A DNA stretch of 64,000 bases from an uncultured Solirubrobacterales bacterium (GCA_963788005.1 CAWBFH010000023.1:61539-125538), one strand, 5' to 3'; positions 1 to 10,342 are shown, counted from the stretch's first letter. A program made the numbers and translations. The notes: generated from the letters alone by a model not told the origin.

Positions 1-174
1 GTGATCGAGACCGATATGACGGCAAGCCTCAACGGCGAATTGCTCTCGCATGTGCCGGCGCGCCGGGCGGGCAAGCCGGAGGAAGTGGCGGCATGCGTGC
101 GCTTTCTCGTCTCCGACGAGGCGAGCTACGTCACCGGCGCGGTGCTGAGCGTCGATGGAGGACTCGCTGCATGA
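1..174 (+). CDS. fabG: 3-oxoacyl-ACP reductase, C-terminal part (5' truncated by window edge)
   Basis: Frame 1 reads [57 protein letters not shown], a typical SDR/FabG C-terminus; directly upstream of acpP-fabF. Confidence 0.85.
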   Translation: MIETDMTASLNGELLSHVPARRAGKPEEVAACVRFLVSDEASYVTGAVLSVDGGLAA

Positions 175-205
175 AAGTGAAATCCCACGGCAAAGGAGTA
201 ACTGG

Positions 206-448
206 ATGTCTGTAACGACGGAGCAGGTGGAGACGCGCGTCATCGAGACGCTCGCGAGCTTCGGTCCGGACGCGAGTCAGATCACTCGCGCTGCCACCTT
301 CGAGGAGCTCGACATCGATTCGCTGGACCTGGTCGAGCTCGCGCAGGTGGTCGAGGACGAGTACGGCGTGGTCCTCAAGGGTGAGGACATGAAGGACCTC
401 AAGACCGTCGGCGATGCGATCGACCTGATCGTGGAGCGGGCCGGCTAG
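206..448 (+). CDS. acpP: Acyl carrier protein
   Basis: 80 aa acidic protein with DIDSLDLVEL phosphopantetheine motif; AAGGAG RBS at 193-198 before ATG 206. Confidence 0.95.
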   Translation: MSVTTEQVETRVIETLASFGPDASQITRAATFEELDIDSLDLVELAQVVEDEYGVVLKGEDMKDLKTVGDAIDLIVERAG

Positions 449-1671
449 TGAGCGCCAGGCCGGACAGACGCAAGGTCGTCGTCACCGGAATTGGCGCGGT
501 GACGCCGCTGGGGATCGGCGCCGAGACGCTCCATGACCGCTGGGTGCAGGGGAACTGCGGGATCGAGGATGGCGCGGGCGCGTGCCGTGACTTCGACCCC
601 AAAGAGTTCCTATCGGTCAAGGAGGCACGTCGTCTCGATCGCTTTGCGCAGTTCGCGGTCGCGGCGTCCGATGAAGCGATCGGCCAAGCCGGGTGGGACG
701 GGGAGGCGCCGTACGATCCGCTCCGCGTCGGCTGCGTGATCGCGACCGGGATCGGCGGTCAGCGGACGATCGAAGCCCAACTCGAGGTGATGCGCGAGCG
801 CGGTGCGAAGATGGTCTCGCCGCTCGGCATCCCGCAATACATGCCCAACGCCGCCGCGGCCGCTGTCTCGATGCGCCACTCGCTGCGCGGACAGAGCTAC
901 GGTGTCGTCTCGGCCTGCGCCAGCGGCGCCCAGGCGCTCGGGTCCTCGCTGCGGATGATCCAGTACGGCGATGCCGACGCCGTCGTCTGCGGCGGCGCCG
1001 AGGCGACCCTGACCGACTTTGCGTTCGCGTGCTTTAACTCGATGCAGGCGCTCTCGCCGACCGGCACCTCGCGGCCGTTTGACCTGCGGCGCGACGGGTT
1101 CGTGATGGGCGAGGGAGCGGGCGTCGTCGTGCTCGAGGAGGCCGACGCGGCCGCACAGCGTGGCGCCCCGGTGCTGGCCGAGCTGGTCGGCTTCGGCTCG
1201 ACATCGGACGCCTTCCATCTGACCGCGCCCCAGCCCGACGGCGGTCCTGCCTCGCGCGCGATCGAACTCGCGCTCGCCGACGCGGGCGTGGCGCCCGCGG
1301 ACGTCGACTACGTCAACGCGCACGGGACCTCGACGCAGCTCAATGACGCGGCGGAGACCCAGGCGCTCAAGCGGGCGCTCGGCGACGACGCCAAGCGCGT
1401 GCCGATCTCCTCTACCAAGTCCGCGATCGGGCACCTGCTCGGCGCCGCCGGCGCGGTCGAGGCGGTGGCCACTGTGCGGACCCTGCAGACCGGCGTGATC
1501 GCGCCGACGCTCGGCTACGAGGTGCCCGATCCAGAGCTCGATCTGGACTACGTGCCCGGCGAGGCGAGACCGCTGCTGACCTCCAACGGCCACCCGCCGC
1601 TGGCGATCTCCAACTCGTTCGCGTTCGGCGGCCACAACGTCGCGCTCGCGATCCGGGGAGCGGCCAAATGA
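448..1671 (+). CDS. fabF: Beta-ketoacyl-ACP synthase II
   Basis: VVSACASG (catalytic Cys), YVNAHGTST and KSAIGHLLGAAG (His-His), SNSFAFGGHN C-terminus. Confidence 0.95.
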   Translation: MSARPDRRKVVVTGIGAVTPLGIGAETLHDRWVQGNCGIEDGAGACRDFDPKEFLSVKEARRLDRFAQFAVAASDEAIGQAGWDGEAPYDPLRVGCVIATGIGGQRTIEAQLEVMRERGAKMVSPLGIPQYMPNAAAAAVSMRHSLRGQSYGVVSACASGAQALGSSLRMIQYGDADAVVCGGAEATLTDFAFACFNSMQALSPTGTSRPFDLRRDGFVMGEGAGVVVLEEADAAAQRGAPVLAELVGFGSTSDAFHLTAPQPDGGPASRAIELALADAGVAPADVDYVNAHGTSTQLNDAAETQALKRALGDDAKRVPISSTKSAIGHLLGAAGAVEAVATVRTLQTGVIAPTLGYEVPDPELDLDYVPGEARPLLTSNGHPPLAISNSFAFGGHNVALAIRGAAK

Positions 1672-3093
1672 GCGCGACCGCCGTCGCCGCCCCGAGTCGA
1701 CGTCTCGATCCCCACGAGCGCCTGGAGGCGCTGTGCGACCCGGGCAGCATCCGCGTGCTGCGGTCATTCGTTCGCTCCTCGCGACTGGGCGATCGCGCGA
1801 TCGCTGGAGACGGCGTGGTCGGGGCGACCGGAACCGTCGACGGACGGCCGATCGCCTGCTACGCGCAGGACGCCGCGTTCCTGGGCGGCTCGCTCGGCGA
1901 GCGCCACGCGGACACGATCGTGCGCGTGCTCGAGCTCGCCCGTCGCGCGCAGATGCCGGTCGTCGGGTTCGTCGAATCGGGCGGCGCCCGGATGCAGGAG
2001 GGGACCGCGGCGCTGGCCGGCTACGGGCGGATCTTTCGCCAGACGGTCGCGATGACGGGTCTTGTCCCGCAGATCTCGGTCGTCTCCGGAGCTTCGGCGG
2101 GCGGCGGCGCATACTCGCCCGCGCTCACCGACCTGATCGTGATGACCGCGGACGCCGCGATGTTCCTGACCGGCCCGGGAGTGGTCCGCGAGGCGCTCGG
2201 CGAGGAGATCGACGCGGCGGGGCTGGGCGGCCCGCACGTCCACGACCGCAACGGTGTCTGCCACCTGGTCGAGCGCGACGAGGCGAGCGCTGCGGCGCGC
2301 GTGCGCGAGCTGCTCTCATACCTGCCGTCATCGGCGGGACAGGCGCCGCCGCGCGCGACGCCGGTCGCGCCGGCCGAGCCGGACCCGGGCGCGCTGGTCC
2401 CGACCGCGCCGCGCAGCGTCTACGACGTCCGTCGACGCGCTGAGCGCCGTGATCGACGCCGGCTCCTTGCAGGAGCTGTGGCCGCGCTGGGCGCGGAACA
2501 TGGTGACTGCGTTCGCGCGGATCGACGGGCGCCCGGTCGGGATCGTCGCCAACCAGCCGCGCTATCTGGGCGGCGTGCTCGACGCGGAGGGGTCGGAGAA
2601 GGCGGCCCGCTTCGTCAGCTTCTGTGATTCCTTTGGCCTGCCGTTGATCGCGGTCGTCGACACGCCCGGGTTCATGCCGGGATCCAAGCAGGAGCGGGCG
2701 GGCGTGATCCGCCACGGCGCCTCGCTGGTGCGCGCCTTCGCGGCTGCGACCGTGCCGAAGCTGACCGTCGTCCTGCGCAAGTCCTACGGCGGCGCGTACA
2801 TCACGATGAACTCGCGCGACCTCGGTGCCGACCTGGTGCTCGCCTGGCCGGACGCGGAACTCGGGATCATGAGCGCGCGCGCGGCGGTCGGGATTGTCAA
2901 CCGTCGCGAGTTGCGCGCCGCCGATGACCCCGACGCGGAGCGCGAGCGCCTCGCCGCCGCGTACGCGGATGACCATCTGCGAGCCGAGCGCGCCGCGGCG
3001 GAGGGATTCGTGGACGAGATCATCGAGCCGGCGCAGACACGCGACCGACTGGCGGCGGCGCTCGACGCGTTCGCGGCAGGTGGTAGGGCGTGA
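1668..3093 (+). CDS. Acyl-CoA carboxylase carboxyltransferase subunit (PccB/AccD type), split by a +1 frameshift near 2434
   Basis: ESGGARMQEG, SGASAGGGAYSPALTD, GIVANQP, VDTPGFMPG, RKSYGGAY motifs over two overlapping ORFs (1668-2627, 2254-3093); removing one C restores YDVRDALSAVID. Confidence 0.9.
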
Positions 3094-3867
3094 TCCTGGA
3101 TGGCAAGCGCCTCCTGATCACCGGCGTCATCACCAAGGACTCGATCGCCTACCACGCAGCTGAGCAGGCCCAGAAGGAGGGCGCCGAAGTCCTGCTGACG
3201 AGCTTCGGACGCGTGCGGAGGATGACCGAGCGCGCCGCCCAGCGCCTCCAGAAACCGTGCGATGTGCTCGAACTCGACGTCAACAAGCCCGACGATCTCG
3301 AGGCGCTGACCGAGTCGCTGCGAGAGCGATGGGGCGGGGTGGACGGTGCTCTGCACGCGATCGCGTTCGCGCCGCAGGACGCGCTCGGCGGCGGCTTCAT
3401 GACCGCCCCCGCGCAGAGCGCGATTGAGGCTTTCCAGACCAGCGCCTTCTCGCTCAAGGCGCTGTCGGCCGCGCTCGCGCCGCTGATGCCCGAGGGCTCG
3501 GGGATCGTCGGGATGGACTTCGATGCGAGCGTCGCGTGGCCGATCTACGACTGGATGGGGGTAGCCAAGGCCGCGCTCGAATCGGTCTCGCGGTACCTCG
3601 CCCGGGATCTCGGACCGAAGGGGATCCGCGTCAACCTGGTCTCCGCGGGGCCGCTGCGGGACGGTCGCCGCACGCGGGATTCCAGGCTTCGAGCAGCTGG
3701 CCGATCTGTGGAGCACACAGGCTCCGCTCGGCTGGGACATCGCCGATCCGGTGCCGGTGGCGCGCGCGATCTGCTGGCTGCTGTCGGACTACTCCCACGC
3801 GATCTCGGGCGAGATCGTGCACGTCGACGGCGGCTTTCACGCCGTCGGGGCGCCGAGCACCTCCTGA
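3090..3867 (+). CDS. fabI: Enoyl-ACP reductase (InhA-like FabI), +1 frameshift near 3660
   Basis: LITGVITKDSIAY, HAIAFAP, YDWMGVAK, VNLVSAGPLR; removing one G from CGGG restores PLRTVAARGIPGF...SGEIVHVDGGFHA, stop at 3867. Confidence 0.9.
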
Positions 3868-3883
3868 CGGCACGGCGCTCGCC

Positions 3884-4639
3884 CTAGCGGAACAGGTCCT
3901 GCTCGGGGCCACGCACGAGCGCCTGCGCGCCCGGGCCGTCGTCGTCGATCACGTGCCGGCCGGCGCCGCTGACCAGCACCGCCGGCTGCATCCCATCCTT
4001 GGTGCGCGTCAGGTCCGCGGCCGATGCGAGCTCGTCGGCGATCGCGATCCACGTCGCGTGCAGTTGGCGCCCGCGCGCGTCATGGCGGCCGCGCCAGTCC
4101 TCGAACGGTTGCAGGCCGGCGCAGCCGATCGCGATGTCGATCTGGCCGTGGCGCCAGGCGCGGCCGAACGAGTCGGTGATCAGCACCGCGGGCGAGTTCC
4201 CGAGCAGCTCGCCGAGGCGCGCTCGGAGCGCGCGGGCCGAGCTGTCGGGGGCGCGCGGGAGGAGAATCAACGTGTCGTCGTCGGGCGCGTTCGAGGCATC
4301 GACGCCGGCGTTGGCGCACACGAACCCATGGTGGGTGACCGCGATCAGCACCCCGTTCTCCGCGCGCCGGATCTCTCGCGACTCGTCGAGCACCACCTGG
4401 ACGTGGCGCGGATCCTTGTCGAGCCTGGCGCCGAGCTCCAGCGCACGCTCGCTCGGCCGCACCGCGGACAACCTGCGGGTGGCGCCCTCCGCCTTGGAGA
4501 CCGCCTTGTGCGCGAGCACGAGGACGTCGCCGGCCACCGGGGCCCCGGCGGGCATGGCGTCGGCGATCAGCTGCGCCAGGTCATCGTTGACGTGGATCTC
4601 GGGCAGCCCCTCGAGCGCGACGGCCTTGATCGCGGGCAC
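3884..4639 (-). CDS. cofE: Coenzyme F420-0:L-glutamate ligase (stand-alone CofE)
   Basis: GLPEI..DDLA, HKAVSKAEG, GFVCANAGVDASN, VLITDSFGRAWRHGQIDIAIG, ADELASAA. Confidence 0.93.
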   Translation of the reverse strand: MPAIKAVALEGLPEIHVNDDLAQLIADAMPAGAPVAGDVLVLAHKAVSKAEGATRRLSAVRPSERALELGARLDKDPRHVQVVLDESREIRRAENGVLIAVTHHGFVCANAGVDASNAPDDDTLILLPRAPDSSARALRARLGELLGNSPAVLITDSFGRAWRHGQIDIAIGCAGLQPFEDWRGRHDARGRQLHATWIAIADELASAADLTRTKDGMQPAVLVSGAGRHVIDDDGPGAQALVRGPEQDLFR

Positions 4640-4648
4640 CGACGCTCC

Positions 4649-5305
4649 TCAGGTCCGCGACAGCTGTCGCAGCATCCCGCGGGTGTGCGCCGCCCCGCCA
4701 TGGCGGTTGGCGAGCGCCTCCTCGACTGCGGTCAAGTCCTCCGGCGTGTCGACGTCGAGCGCCAGCGAGTCCAGCGCGACGGTCTGCACCTCGAGTCCCG
4801 CGCGCCCGGCGATCGCTTCGTGGCGTTGGCGGCTGCCGGGTCCGAATGCGGGCACGAGCGCGTCCGGAGGCGTGAGCAGCAGTGCGTTGGTGCCCGTCCC
4901 GTGGCGGTCGGGAACGACCACCGCCGAGCGTGTCGCGACCGGGCGGGCGAGCAGCTCGTCGAGCTCGCCGGGGTCCAGCAGCGGGCAGTCGCCGGGGATC
5001 AGCAGCGCCCGCGGGGCGCCGAGCTCGACCGCCCGCTGTATCCCGAGCGCGGCGGCCTCGTTGTGCCCCAGCTCCTGGTCCTCGATCACCGTCGCCCCGT
5101 AGCCCGCTGCAATCCGCTGGGCGCCGTGGTCGCCGGAGACGACCAGGACGCTCTCGATCAGCGTGCTGCGCCGCAGCGCGACCAGCACATCGGAGAACAT
5201 CGCCTCGGCGAGCACCCGCCGCGTGTTCGGGTCAAGCACGTCGCTGAGCCGTTGCTTGGCCTCATCAAAGCTCTTTATCGGGAGGATCGCGAGCGGCTCG
5301 GTCAT
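4649..5305 (-). CDS. cofC: Phosphoenolpyruvate/2-phospho-L-lactate guanylyltransferase
   Basis: ILPIKSFDEAKQRLS, IPGDCPLL, GTGTNALL, FGPGS..RH, LDVDTPEDL. Confidence 0.93.
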   Translation of the reverse strand: MTEPLAILPIKSFDEAKQRLSDVLDPNTRRVLAEAMFSDVLVALRRSTLIESVLVVSGDHGAQRIAAGYGATVIEDQELGHNEAAALGIQRAVELGAPRALLIPGDCPLLDPGELDELLARPVATRSAVVVPDRHGTGTNALLLTPPDALVPAFGPGSRQRHEAIAGRAGLEVQTVALDSLALDVDTPEDLTAVEEALANRHGGAAHTRGMLRQLSRT

Positions 5306-5343
5306 CGGTGATCGCTACACGCTAGAGCGTCGGGCGGCCATGC

Positions 5344-6262
5344 TCAGGCCACCCCGAGCCCAAGCGCGAACTGCAGCGTCTGCTCGGCGAGCCGGCGGCG
5401 GGCATCCGCCGAGTCCATCAGCACGTCGGTCTCGAGCACCGGCAACGAACGTGCCGGCTGATCGGCGACCAAACCGTCGAGCAGACCCTCGTACTCGGCG
5501 ACGATCCCGTCGCTGGTCAGTGGATTCCCGCGCCAGCGCATGAACGCGGCCGTCGGGCCTTTGACGATCTCCTGTGTCGACGATTGGGCTGACGGCGACG
5601 ACCGGCGCGGGGCTTGACCGGATCGCGTCGCGCACGCCCTCGAGCGAGAGGATCGGCCCGATCGAGATGACGGGATTGGAGGGGCCGATCACGATCGCCC
5701 TGGCGCTCGCGAGCGCCTCGGTCACCTCCGCCGTCGGCGGCGCCGCTCGCCGGCCGCGAAAGTCGACGTCGAGCACTTCGCCGTCACCTTGGTGCTGGAT
5801 CAGGAACTCCTGCAGCGGCCACCACCGTCCATCTGCGAGCACCCGCGTACGCACGGGCACGTCACTCATCGGGAGCACCCGCGCGCGCACGCCGAGCGCC
5901 GCCGCGAGCGCAGCTTGGGCGTCTGTCAGGCGCATACCGGAGTCGAGCTGCCGCGCGCGCTCGAGGCCGATCGCGAGGTCGCGGTCCCCGAGCGAGAACC
6001 AGACATCGATCCCCAGCTCACGCATCCCGTCCATGACGTTGAAGGTGTCGTCACGCAGTCCCCAGCCGCGTTCGTCGATCCGGTCGGCGAGCCAGAACGT
6101 GACCAGATCTGGGTCCGGTGACACGTAGGCGCCGTAGATCTCGATGTCATCGCCGGTGTTGGCGATCACGACCAGGTCATCGCCGACCACGTCGAGCATC
6201 CCGCGTGCCAGCTTCGCGCCGCCGGTCCCGCCGGCGAGGATCACGACCGACCCGTCAGCCAT
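5344..6262 (-). CDS. cofD: 2-phospho-L-lactate transferase, frameshift near 5575
   Basis: LAGGTGGAKL, NTGDD, SPDPDLVTF, LGDRDLA, IGPSNPVISIGPIL, AVSPIV then KGPTAAFM in the next frame (ORF 5344-5541). Confidence 0.92.
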
Positions 6263-6263
6263 C

Positions 6264-6936
6264 TCAGCCCGGCAGACCGGTGATCCTGATTCCGGCCTGG
6301 ACCTTGTTTCGCACGTTGATCGAGATCAGCAGCGCCGTCAGCTGCTCGACGATCCGAGCCATCTCCAGCCGACCGCAGTCGACCGGCCGCAGGCCGTCGA
6401 TGCGCGCGACGAGCTCGGCGACGCGCGCTGTGTCGCCGCGTTTGTCGCCACAGATGAGAACGTCCTCGTCGAGCGTCTGATCGAGGTCAGAGAGGTGCGA
6501 CGCGCTGACGGTGTGGAATGCCGAGACGACGCGCACGCCCTCGGGAACCATCTCCTGGGCCTGCCTGAGCCGCCGACCCCTGCCAGACGCCAAGCGTGCG
6601 GGTCGCCTTGCCGCTGACCGCCGCGGCGAGAGGAACGGTCGCGTCGACGAGGAGCTGATCCGCAATGAGCGCGTTCTTGAGGTTGGTGAGCGTCTCGGAC
6701 TGCGAACGGAACGGGACGCTGAGGATCACGATCCCGGCGCCCTGCACCGCATCGGCGTTCTGCCGGCCCGTGAACGAGCCGTCGGGGACGCGCTCGCGGG
6801 CGTGTTCCGCGGCCTCCTGTGCCCGGCCGGCATCGCGGGACCCGATCGTGATCGGCAACCCGGCCCGGCCGAGCCTGACCGCCAATCCGAAACCGAGCGC
6901 CCCTGTCCCTCCGACGATGCAGACCGGTGCCGTCAA
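6264..6936 (-). CDS. npdG: NADPH-dependent F420 reductase, frameshift near 6565
   Basis: IVGGTGALGFGLA, IGSRDAGRA, VILSVPF, SAAQ|QAQEMVP, VSAFHTVSA, VDCGRLEMARIVEQLTALLISIN; leads the cof operon. Confidence 0.9.
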
Positions 6937-6951
6937 TTCGACCGGCAGTCT

Positions 6952-8175
6952 ATGTCCAGCGCTCGATCTATAGTTCTGCGCTGGGTGCGGGCACGCCTCC
7001 TGTTGATCCTGAGCGCCGTGGCGCTCGCCGTCGTGGTTCCGAACGCGGGAGCGTCAAAGCCCGCGCCGGCGCCGTTGCAGGTGGACCGGGCCTCCTTCAC
7101 GCAGGACGGTCAGCAGGTCTCGTGGTCGGTCAACCTCGCGCATCCGTTCTCGCCCGGCGGCCTGGCCAGCGACAAGCGCTCGCTTTGCCTGCTGATCGAG
7201 GGCCGCCACGGGAAGGTGAGCAATCAGCTGTGCGTGGCCGGACCGAGGCCCGGCCGCAAGAGCGCGCGCGTCGAGGTCGTGCCTCCGAACGGGAAGCCTC
7301 GCTTCATCGCCGCGACCGTCAAGCGCAAGAGCTCGCACAATCTGACCGCCACGTTCACGCCCGCGAGCATCGGGATCAGCTTCAAGCCGACCCGCTGGCA
7401 GGTGAGCAGCACGCTCGTGGCTTCGGGCTGCGGGCAGTCGGCCCCGGGCGCCCCGCCGAAGACCGGCACCTGCCGCACGCTGTTCCCGCGTACTGTGGCC
7501 GTCGCGAAGCTGCACCCGCCGCAACTCGTTGGCTGCGTCGCGCGTGGCGCTCCGTTCGTCTTCAGCGGCCCGAGCAACCAGGGCAAGGTCGTCGCCCTCA
7601 CGTTCGACGACGGTCCCTGGGTCCAGACCGGGCAGTTCCTCAACGTGCTCGAGCACTACCACGTGCACGCCACCTTCTTCGAGATCGGTGAGCAGATATC
7701 GACCTACGGGGAGAACGGCGCGATCGAGCGCCGGATGCTCGCCGACGGCGACATGATCGGTGACCACACGTGGAGCCACCCGGACGTGTCCGGCGGCGGC
7801 ACGTTCGCGCGTGACCAGATCATCCGTGCCGCCGCGGCGATCAAGACCGCGACGCATGGCTTCCAGCCGTGCCTGTTCCGGGCGCCGTATGGGGCGGTCA
7901 GCCCGGCGCTGTTCGCGGTCACGAAGTCGCTCGGCTTCAAGACGATCCAATGGGACGTCGACCCCGTCGACTGGTCGCGCCCCGGCACGGCCGCGATCGA
8001 GGAGCGCGTGCTCAGCGCCGTGCACCCGGGCGCGATCGTCCTCCAGCACGACGGTGGCGGCGACCGCTCCGAGACGCTGGCCGCGCTCCCGGATGAGATC
8101 CAGACGCTCAAGCGCCGCGGCTACCGCTTCGAGACGATCACGCAGATGTTCGGGATGAAGCTGCTGTACCGGTAG
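6952..8175 (+). CDS. Secreted polysaccharide deacetylase (NodB/CE4) with uncharacterised N-terminal domain
   Basis: Signal-like N-terminus; all CE4 motifs present: LTFDDGP, HTWSH, FRAPYG, WDVDPVDW, IVLQHD. Confidence 0.9.
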   Translation: MSSARSIVLRWVRARLLLILSAVALAVVVPNAGASKPAPAPLQVDRASFTQDGQQVSWSVNLAHPFSPGGLASDKRSLCLLIEGRHGKVSNQLCVAGPRPGRKSARVEVVPPNGKPRFIAATVKRKSSHNLTATFTPASIGISFKPTRWQVSSTLVASGCGQSAPGAPPKTGTCRTLFPRTVAVAKLHPPQLVGCVARGAPFVFSGPSNQGKVVALTFDDGPWVQTGQFLNVLEHYHVHATFFEIGEQISTYGENGAIERRMLADGDMIGDHTWSHPDVSGGGTFARDQIIRAAAAIKTATHGFQPCLFRAPYGAVSPALFAVTKSLGFKTIQWDVDPVDWSRPGTAAIEERVLSAVHPGAIVLQHDGGGDRSETLAALPDEIQTLKRRGYRFETITQMFGMKLLYR

Positions 8176-9361
8176 TGGCGGGCTGCGCGAGGTCGGCGTC
8201 GATCGCGTCGACGAGCGTCAGCGCGGCTTCGAGCAGTCGATCGATCGCGCCTCGGTCGAGCGTGCCGGGGATGTCCGATGGCTGGTGTGATCGGGGCACG
8301 AGCCCGCGGGTGTCAAGGCACCCGATCGTGATCGCGGGCAGGCCGGCGAACCGCGCCGGGAACGCCGGCGAGACGCCGCGACCACGGTGCGGCGCGGCGC
8401 CGAGCTCGGTCCGTGACCCGATTGACCGTTGGGCGACGGCATCCAGCCGCCGCCCGAACCGCAGCGGGATCAGCGAGCCGTCAGCGGTCCACCACCGCCG
8501 CTCGCCGCCACCCCCGGCGCCGATCCCGAGCACGACCGTGCCCGCCGCCCTGGGCTCTCCACGCCGCGCGCTCAGATACCGACTGAGCCCGATCATCGCG
8601 CCGTCGCCCGCGCCCTGGAGGACGATCTCGACCGCGAGCCGGCCGGACGGGGCAACATCCAAGGCTCGTGCGAGCGCGATCGCGATCGCGACGCCGCTCC
8701 CGTTGTCGCCCGCGGCCGGCCCGAACGGTGACCCGGCTAGCTCGAGCAGCAGTCCCGCGGCGATGACGAGCCCGGCGGTCGGGATCAGCTGCACGACGTC
8801 GAGAACCGCGCCCGTCTTGCCGCCGTCACGGAGGATCGCCATCGCGAGCAACCAAAGGAAAGCGATCAGCATCCATCCCAGCCATCCCGGTGCCCGCCTC
8901 GCCGTGAGCGCGCTCAAGCGGGCCGCAAGCCGGCGGATAGCCGGACGGTAGACGAGGCCCATCCGGCCCGCGTCGTAATTGGCGGTGATGATCAGCCTCA
9001 CCGGCGCATCGGCCGGGGCCGGGCTGATCACGTTCTGGCTGGCGTGCTCGGGAGAGAGACGGCGCCCCAGTGACATTCCCGTCAGCCCGTCGAGCACGAG
9101 CGACACCAGCGCGACGAGGATCACCGCGCCGCCCAGCTTCGCTGAGGCGACCGTCAGCAGGCTGCCGGCGACCGCGAGCGCGGCATGCCACGTGTGAGCG
9201 AGCGCCCAGTTGGGCCGGCACCAGAACGTCTCGACGTTGGCCTCGCGGCGGCCGGAGCGCAGCTCCGACGCGAGCCAGAGCGCGGCGCGGCGCTCGGCGT
9301 TCGTGCCCGCGCCGCGGCCCTCGAACTGCGCGAGTGTTGCGATCGTGTCCGCCGTGCTCAT
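8138..9361 (-). CDS. Membrane protein with peptidase M28-like fold (degenerate metal ligands)
   Basis: GRGAGTNAERRAALWL, two hydrophobic hairpins, AAGDNGSGVA, HQPSD; start assigned at ATG 9361. Confidence 0.65.
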   Translation of the reverse strand: MSTADTIATLAQFEGRGAGTNAERRAALWLASELRSGRREANVETFWCRPNWALAHTWHAALAVAGSLLTVASAKLGGAVILVALVSLVLDGLTGMSLGRRLSPEHASQNVISPAPADAPVRLIITANYDAGRMGLVYRPAIRRLAARLSALTARRAPGWLGWMLIAFLWLLAMAILRDGGKTGAVLDVVQLIPTAGLVIAAGLLLELAGSPFGPAAGDNGSGVAIAIALARALDVAPSGRLAVEIVLQGAGDGAMIGLSRYLSARRGEPRAAGTVVLGIGAGGGGERRWWTADGSLIPLRFGRRLDAVAQRSIGSRTELGAAPHRGRGVSPAFPARFAGLPAITIGCLDTRGLVPRSHQPSDIPGTLDRGAIDRLLEAALTLVDAIDADLAQPATTGTAASSRTSA

Positions 9362-9453
9362 TCGCCGCGGATGATCCCAGGGAGCGCGTCTGGCATTGGC
9401 CGATCGCTGCCGGGGGCGCCTGCGCTCGGGCCCTGATCGTGTACAACGGGGCG

Positions 9454-10245
9454 GTGAGCGAGTCTGCCCTGGAGCTCGAGCTGCTCGATGTCGCCCGCGA
9501 AGCTGCCGAGGCCGCGGCCGCGGAGCTGCGCCCCCGCTTCGGCCATCGCCAGGACGGCGTGCGCGCCAAGAGCACGCCGACGGACCTCGTCTCAGACGCC
9601 GACCTGGCCGCTGAGTCCTCGATCCGCGCGGTGCTCGCCGACCGCCGGCCCGGGGACACCATCCTCGGCGAAGAGGGCGGCCAGACCGGGGACGGCGAGC
9701 TGCGCTGGCTGATCGATCCGCTCGACGGGACGACGAACTTCCTGTTCGGCGTGCCACAGTTCGCGGTCAGCATCGCCTGCGAGGATGCCGGTGGAGGGCT
9801 CGTCGGAGTGGTGCTCGACCCGGTCCGTGACGAGTGCTTCTCGGCAACGCGTTCAGGCCGCCCGGAGCTCAACGGCGCCGCGATCACGGCCTCGGCGGGT
9901 GACCAGCTCGCCACGGCGCTCGTTGCTACCGGGTTTGGCTACAACTCCCGCGTGCGCGCGCGCCAGGCGGTCGTGCTCGCCCGCGTGCTCCCCAGCGTCC
10001 GCGACATCCGACGCGCCGGGTCCGCCGCGCTGGATCTCAGCTGGTGCGCCTGCGGGCGCTACGACGCCTACTTCGAGCGCGGCGTCAAGCCGTGGGACTA
10101 CGGCGCCGGCAGCCTGATCGCCGCGCGCGCGGGGCTCGAGCTCCGCGAGTTCCCCGCCAATGGCGACGACGAGCCCAAGGGGCTGCTCGCCGCACCGGCG
10201 GCGTTAGTCGACGAGCTGCTGGCGCTCATCCTCGGCCGCACCTAG
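9454..10245 (+). CDS. Inositol monophosphatase family protein
   Basis: KSTPTDLVSDAD, ILGEEGG, WLIDPLDGTTNF, RRAGSAALDL, WDYGAGSLI. Confidence 0.93.
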   Translation: MSESALELELLDVAREAAEAAAAELRPRFGHRQDGVRAKSTPTDLVSDADLAAESSIRAVLADRRPGDTILGEEGGQTGDGELRWLIDPLDGTTNFLFGVPQFAVSIACEDAGGGLVGVVLDPVRDECFSATRSGRPELNGAAITASAGDQLATALVATGFGYNSRVRARQAVVLARVLPSVRDIRRAGSAALDLSWCACGRYDAYFERGVKPWDYGAGSLIAARAGLELREFPANGDDEPKGLLAAPAALVDELLALILGRT

Positions 10246-10259
10246 ACTTGGCCCGCCAC

Positions 10260-10342
10260 GCGGCGGTGGTGGAACGGTAGACACGATGCCCTCAAAAGGC
10301 ATTGTCCTTCGGGACGTGTGGGTTCGAATCCCACCCGCCGTA
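10260..10342 (+). tRNA. tRNA-Leu(CAA)
   Basis: Acceptor GCGGCGG/CCGCCGT, anticodon arm ATGCC-CTCAAAA-GGCAT, long variable arm, GGTTCGAATCC T-arm; CCA not encoded. Confidence 0.95.

Noticed and set aside
610-5311. Long antisense ORFs (610-2112, 3536-5311, and similarly 38289-39596, 41223-42686, 54121-55854, 61562-63088)
   Set aside because: Arg/Pro/Ala-rich shadow frames of high-GC coding genes with no recognisable motifs
1668-6936. Programmed ribosomal frameshifting in the carboxyltransferase, fabI, cofD and npdG
   Set aside because: No slippery heptamers or stimulatory structures; the same pattern appears in many unrelated genes, so indel error is more likely
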